Shown: positions 59,784 through 64,000 of the stretch, in pieces
Layout of the letters: every line of letters starts with the position of its first letter
Position numbering within the stretch: the first letter of the stretch is position 1
Source of the DNA: Sedimentisphaerales bacterium
GTDB lineage: Bacteria > Planctomycetota > Phycisphaerae > Sedimentisphaerales > SM23-30
Direction: 5' to 3' (one strand)
Length of the DNA stretch: 64,000 nucleotides
Assembly (NCBI GenBank): GCA_963666285.1
Contig: OY762711.1
The notes under the pieces: generated by a model
Databases searched by the model: none
What the model saw: the letters and a program-made list of their open reading frames with translations, nothing else
Told to the model about the DNA's origin: nothing
Position numbers and translations under genes: made by a program

Positions 59784-60858
59784 ACGTCTCAGAAAACTAT
59801 TCAGAGATATGGTAAACATTTACAGCCCTTCTGGTAAGGAATACGAGATTACCGAATATCTCGCAACCTACCTGCATGAGAAAAAGCTGCCTGTTACACT
59901 TAGAGAAGTAGATGAAGGCAGGCGGAACGTTGAGGTTGTATTTAAGGAATCAAAACTTGAAGTCGCTTTTATCGGTCATATCGATACTGTCCCGGCTTTT
60001 GACATCGAGAACTACGAATATAAAGACCGCGATGGAGAAATTTCCGGCCTCGGAACTGCCGATATGAAAAGTGGTTGCGCCGCTATGATTGAGGCTTTTG
60101 TCAGCAAATACGAATCCGGCACCATACCTCAAAATTGCGGTCTGTTCCTGGTCGTTGGCGAAGAAGAAAGCGGTGATGGAACCGCTGCCCTTATCAAATC
60201 CAGGAGTTTCCCTTGGGCGATTGTTGCCGAACCGACAAATCTGGTTTCATGCCTGGGACATTATGGCTATCTCGAAATGCTGGTTAGTATCTATGGTACC
60301 AGAAGACATGCATCTATGGCCGGACGCGAGTATAATGCTATTTTCAGCATGCTCAATATGCTTATGAAATTATGCGAAACTATACAGAACAAATACCCGT
60401 TAGCTGTTCTTAATATACGTGACATACATAGCTCAGAGTCTGGCTTTGCCGTTCCCGGCAGTTGTGAGGCCTGTATCGACCTTCACATCCCTCCGGAATA
60501 TGAATCTCCGAAAGCCTTTGCCAGAAAACTCAAAAAGTTAGTTTCTGACAACCTCTCCGGTGACTCTATCACAGGCTGTGAAATCGAGTTTCCTATTGTT
60601 GCTGATGGATATAACCTGGAAGATACAGGATACATACCGGAAATACTCAAAAACACCTATAAACAGCATAACATGGAATGGTCGCCTGGTTACTTCAACA
60701 GCCACTCTGATGCCAATCTACTTATTGAGATCGGATGCAAGCCTATAATTTTAGGACCGGGCCAGCTGGAAAAAGCACATACACGTGATGAATCCGTCCA
60801 AATCGATCAGGTAATTAAAGCTGCTGAAATTTACCGCACTATCCTCGACAATCTATAA
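59752..60858 (+). CDS. M20 family metallo-deacylase (ArgE/DapE-like)
   Basis: SPSG.E, GHIDTV, GLGTADMKSG, GEEE, AEPT, GPG..AHT.DE; 32-nt overlap with the GNAT gene. Confidence 0.9.
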   Translation: MAKTSTGIKSERLRKLFRDMVNIYSPSGKEYEITEYLATYLHEKKLPVTLREVDEGRRNVEVVFKESKLEVAFIGHIDTVPAFDIENYEYKDRDGEISGLGTADMKSGCAAMIEAFVSKYESGTIPQNCGLFLVVGEEESGDGTAALIKSRSFPWAIVAEPTNLVSCLGHYGYLEMLVSIYGTRRHASMAGREYNAIFSMLNMLMKLCETIQNKYPLAVLNIRDIHSSESGFAVPGSCEACIDLHIPPEYESPKAFARKLKKLVSDNLSGDSITGCEIEFPIVADGYNLEDTGYIPEILKNTYKQHNMEWSPGYFNSHSDANLLIEIGCKPIILGPGQLEKAHTRDESVQIDQVIKAAEIYRTILDNL

Positions 60859-60934
60859 ATCAATTGATATCTATTTCTTGGTTTCAATCGTTTTCGACTT
60901 GTTACTTTATATATCTGCTATTGATCACAAAAAT

Positions 60935-60973
60935 AAAAAAGGCATGAGGATCATTTCCCCATGCCTTTTATTT
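60935..60973. terminator. Bidirectional intrinsic terminator
   Basis: AAAAGGCATG..CATGCCTTTT between convergent genes. Confidence 0.75.
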
Positions 60974-60989
60974 CTACTGATCAACTGCT

Positions 60990-63900
60990 CTAATTTCCAG
61001 CGATTGCTTCGCTGCCGCTCACCATCCATGGCACAAACTCTGTCGAAACAGAATATTGTGAGAAATGAGTCGTTTCAAATGAGATCGCCTTCAATTCACT
61101 ATTGATATCAAGCGTCTCAATATTACTCATACCGCTCTGTGAATATGAACCGGTCTGAGGATTATACCAGAACACAGTTACATTGGCATCGCCCAGTGTT
61201 GCCGGGTATGGTATTACTATATTAACAGCCTTACGAAATTCTCGCGTGCTGGATGGTCCAAAGTCATAACTAAACAGACTGCGGATACCGGTACTGCCTC
61301 CCGGAGGGTTGCTAACCCTGGCAATACTCATCTCGACATCACTGTTCAGAGCGCCGGCTGGAACTATCACGGTTACATCGTCGACACTATCGATATCCTC
61401 TATCCTGACACCTACATAACCGCCATTAACCGAATCTATCTTGTTCTTGCTCAGCATACGCTCGACAACTGAAGCACAAGCCATCTGGATTGTCTGGCCG
61501 CTGCCGCCCTGCTCCTGGAATACGATATAAGGAGCTCCGGAAATATTGGCTGCTGCTACCGGGGCTGACTGATAATTCAGTTCACTGTCGACCGTTGCCA
61601 GGATATTTGTCATAGATCCACGGTCAACTGATGCAAAATATATATCATAATCATTATTACTATCTGCATTTCTTGCGTCTGTCCACGCGATTATTGTTCG
61701 GTTTACTGAACCATTATTGAAATGGTAAACCGAAGGGCCGCTTTGAACCGAGCCGCTGCTGTCATCAATAACATTAACAGCTTCATATGTTTTTCCATCA
61801 AGAGGCAGAGAAACTTTACAATAATATATATCACCTTCTGACGTCCAGGTCGTATGCAGATAGTCACAACTTGAATCTACCGCTATATCAGGCTCGGAAC
61901 CGCTTGATGCCAGCTTATAATTTCGCCAGCTGTTATTAAGCGAGGCTCCATATACTGCACTTGTACTGCCGTCACGGTAATCTTCCCAGGCTATATGAAT
62001 ATCACCGTCACTGCCGCTGGCTATTACCGGACTGATCTGATCGCCGCTATTAGTGCATACTGGGCTCTCGATAACACTGGTAAGATCGCTGCTGACCTTG
62101 GCTACATATATATCCTTGCCTGTTTTGCGTTTTACAACATAGGCTATATATATATCACCACTATCAGCTACAGCAATCACCGGCTGCGTTTGCTCATCTT
62201 CACCTGTTGATACTGTTGTGGTCATGTCCATACTTATGCCGTCACTGCTGCACCCGATATAAATATCCCAGTTGCCTGATATATTATTCTGCCATACAAA
62301 GTACAGCTCTCCACTATCCGATGCTGCCATATCCGGCTCTGTCATATCGCCAATACCAGGAATTACCCGTGAGGTGTCAAACTGACCGGTATTGTCATAA
62401 TATGGTGCAAATTTGATCTTACGGCTGCCGCTTGTGCCTTCATTCCAGGCTGACCATACTATTCCGGCTGAACTTACTGCTACTGCTGGCTTACTTTGGC
62501 TTGTTTCTGTTGAACTGCTCTTGGTCTGCTCTACCGGCACAGCCTTGGCCATACTAAACATCTCTGTTGTGAAACTGAAACTGTACGGCTCCATCTGGTT
62601 ACCCTGCATATCTTTGGCATTGATTACAATATCCGGTGTATAGTCATAGTCAAACATATCTACTGCCTGGTACTGGAATGTATATCGTGAAGCTGTTCCT
62701 GTACGAACAACGCTGCTTTCCTGGCTGCTGTACATCACCTGGTCGCTATCATCTGCTTCAGAAGACATCGCTCCACCGGTAAATACATTGACTCCATCGA
62801 CCGAGATGGTTACTGATTCATAGTCAACACCTTCGCCATAATCTGCCAGGGTAAACGTTATCAGCGGATTTAACGGAATCTGGATACCGCCATTTTCTGG
62901 ATATGTTGATACTATAAATGGAGGTTCCTTATCTGACGCCGCTGCCGCTACTGAAATCGTTACCGCAACGTTTGTACTCAGCTTACCGTCTGATACTACT
63001 ACGGTTATCTTATATACACTTCCGCCGTCTGACTCGGATGTTGGCCAGGTCACCATATTACCTTCAATATTCATTCCCTTAGGTTCGTTCTTTAATGAAT
63101 ATATCAGGCTGTCGCCGTCTTCATCACTGGCGTCTATTGTAAGAGACACTGGCTCACCGGCGGTAAGTTTGGTAGCACCTTTCACTGATACGACAGGCGC
63201 AACATTTACATTTGTAACTTCCATATTTACCGGCATAGAAACCGATTCCTGGCCATCAGATGCCACAAAAGTGACTGAATGATTTCCTATATCACTCGAA
63301 GTTGTCAGCCATGAGAAGGTATTGTTCACAAAAACCGCTCCGGAAGGCATACCAACTGCTTCTATGGTTAAACTGTCATTATCAGGGTCGGTCACTTGAA
63401 TTGCAAAGACTATTGTTCCGCCTTCATCTACCTGCTTATCAGGTACTTCTACAAATACCGGTGGATGATTTACAACGTAATCCGGATCATCTGTAATTGA
63501 AAAATCAATTGTTTTACTGACTTCTGTTATTCCATCAGATGCAACCAGAATTATTTGGTAATTTCCAATGTTTTCTCGGTCTGGCTGCCAGGTAATTTTA
63601 CCTGTTTTACTGTTATATGTCGCTCCACTTGGAAGGTTGTTCGCCGAAACGGTTACACCGTCACCATCCTGATCGGAGGTTTTTACCGTCAAACTCAGAC
63701 CGTCAGTATATACAGGACTTACATCACCAGATACATTTATCTCTGGCTTACGGTTAAGGTTATTCACCGTTACCGATACTGTCAAATCCGCTGTAAGCGA
63801 ACCGTCAGAGGCGGTTACGATAAAAGACTGAATTCCGGCATCATCATAACCCGTCTGCCAGGTTACTGTACCGCCACTGCTAATTGTTGCTCCCAATGGA

Positions 63901-64000
63901 GAGGATTTCAGACTATAAGTTACAATATCACCATCTGGATCTATAGCCTTGGCTGTAAAGGTTACTGTATCTGTCTCATCTACCGCCGATACTGAAACCG
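60990..64000 (-). CDS. Large surface protein: tandem cadherin/Ig-like repeats + propeller-like region + ZU5-like C-terminus; 5' end beyond the window
   Basis: N(R/H)xP..D.DGD.L....LP.GA..W....D.G...ASDG repeats; frame open from 63896 to the window edge (hand translation); VPAGAL..THFS.Y C-terminus. Confidence 0.88.
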   Translation of the reverse strand, partial: VSVSAVDETDTVTFTAKAIDPDGDIVTYSLKSSPLGATISSGGTVTWQTGYDDAGIQSFIVTASDGSLTADLTVSVTVNNLNRKPEINVSGDVSPVYTDGLSLTVKTSDQDGDGVTVSANNLPSGATYNSKTGKITWQPDRENIGNYQIILVASDGITEVSKTIDFSITDDPDYVVNHPPVFVEVPDKQVDEGGTIVFAIQVTDPDNDSLTIEAVGMPSGAVFVNNTFSWLTTSSDIGNHSVTFVASDGQESVSMPVNMEVTNVNVAPVVSVKGATKLTAGEPVSLTIDASDEDGDSLIYSLKNEPKGMNIEGNMVTWPTSESDGGSVYKITVVVSDGKLSTNVAVTISVAAAASDKEPPFIVSTYPENGGIQIPLNPLITFTLADYGEGVDYESVTISVDGVNVFTGGAMSSEADDSDQVMYSSQESSVVRTGTASRYTFQYQAVDMFDYDYTPDIVINAKDMQGNQMEPYSFSFTTEMFSMAKAVPVEQTKSSSTETSQSKPAVAVSSAGIVWSAWNEGTSGSRKIKFAPYYDNTGQFDTSRVIPGIGDMTEPDMAASDSGELYFVWQNNISGNWDIYIGCSSDGISMDMTTTVSTGEDEQTQPVIAVADSGDIYIAYVVKRKTGKDIYVAKVSSDLTSVIESPVCTNSGDQISPVIASGSDGDIHIAWEDYRDGSTSAVYGASLNNSWRNYKLASSGSEPDIAVDSSCDYLHTTWTSEGDIYYCKVSLPLDGKTYEAVNVIDDSSGSVQSGPSVYHFNNGSVNRTIIAWTDARNADSNNDYDIYFASVDRGSMTNILATVDSELNYQSAPVAAANISGAPYIVFQEQGGSGQTIQMACASVVERMLSKNKIDSVNGGYVGVRIEDIDSVDDVTVIVPAGALNSDVEMSIARVSNPPGGSTGIRSLFSYDFGPSSTREFRKAVNIVIPYPATLGDANVTVFWYNPQTGSYSQSGMSNIETLDINSELKAISFETTHFSQYSVSTEFVPWMVSGSEAIAGN

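Overview
Bacterial chromosomal window, most likely from a saccharolytic planctomycete of the Phycisphaerae/Sedimentisphaerales type. This is inferred from the planctomycete-type ECF sigma/FecR pairs, a PEP-CTERM protein, and many secreted LamG proteins carrying a dockerin-like tag. Most genes lie on the minus strand. (1) 1-19.7 kb is accessory. It has two large secreted LamG proteins, then a 12.9-kb AT-rich glycan-utilisation locus (GntR/LacI regulator, PEP-CTERM protein, LamG protein, EEP phosphatase-LamG, GH92, SSS transporter). That locus is bracketed by two ~76%-identical direct repeats made of a decayed tRNA-Lys 3' half plus its downstream hairpin, next to an intact tRNA-Ser(TGA). (2) 20-25.4 kb is housekeeping: ychF, a ThiF/MoeB-family gene, rplU, rpsO, pnp. 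(3) 26.9-36.4 kb holds two mirror-image cassettes of ECF sigma, FecR anti-sigma and secreted LamG protein; the anti-sigmas are paralogues with different putative carbohydrate-sensing tails. (4) 37-64 kb is mixed: DUF485/ActP-like symporter, a single-chain 1073-aa flavo-iron-sulfur oxidoreductase, maf, proA, a DRE-TIM enzyme, GH43, proS, GH78, a GH10-like pseudo-enzyme, a GT9-like protein, a beta-CASP nuclease, a GNAT+M20 pair and a large Ig-repeat surface protein. Three families of small dispersed repeats are present, one a MITE with 4-bp target duplications. No CRISPR array, rRNA, integrase or transposase was seen. Genes at both edges are truncated. All family calls come from motif recognition, not database searches; counts and identities are by hand.
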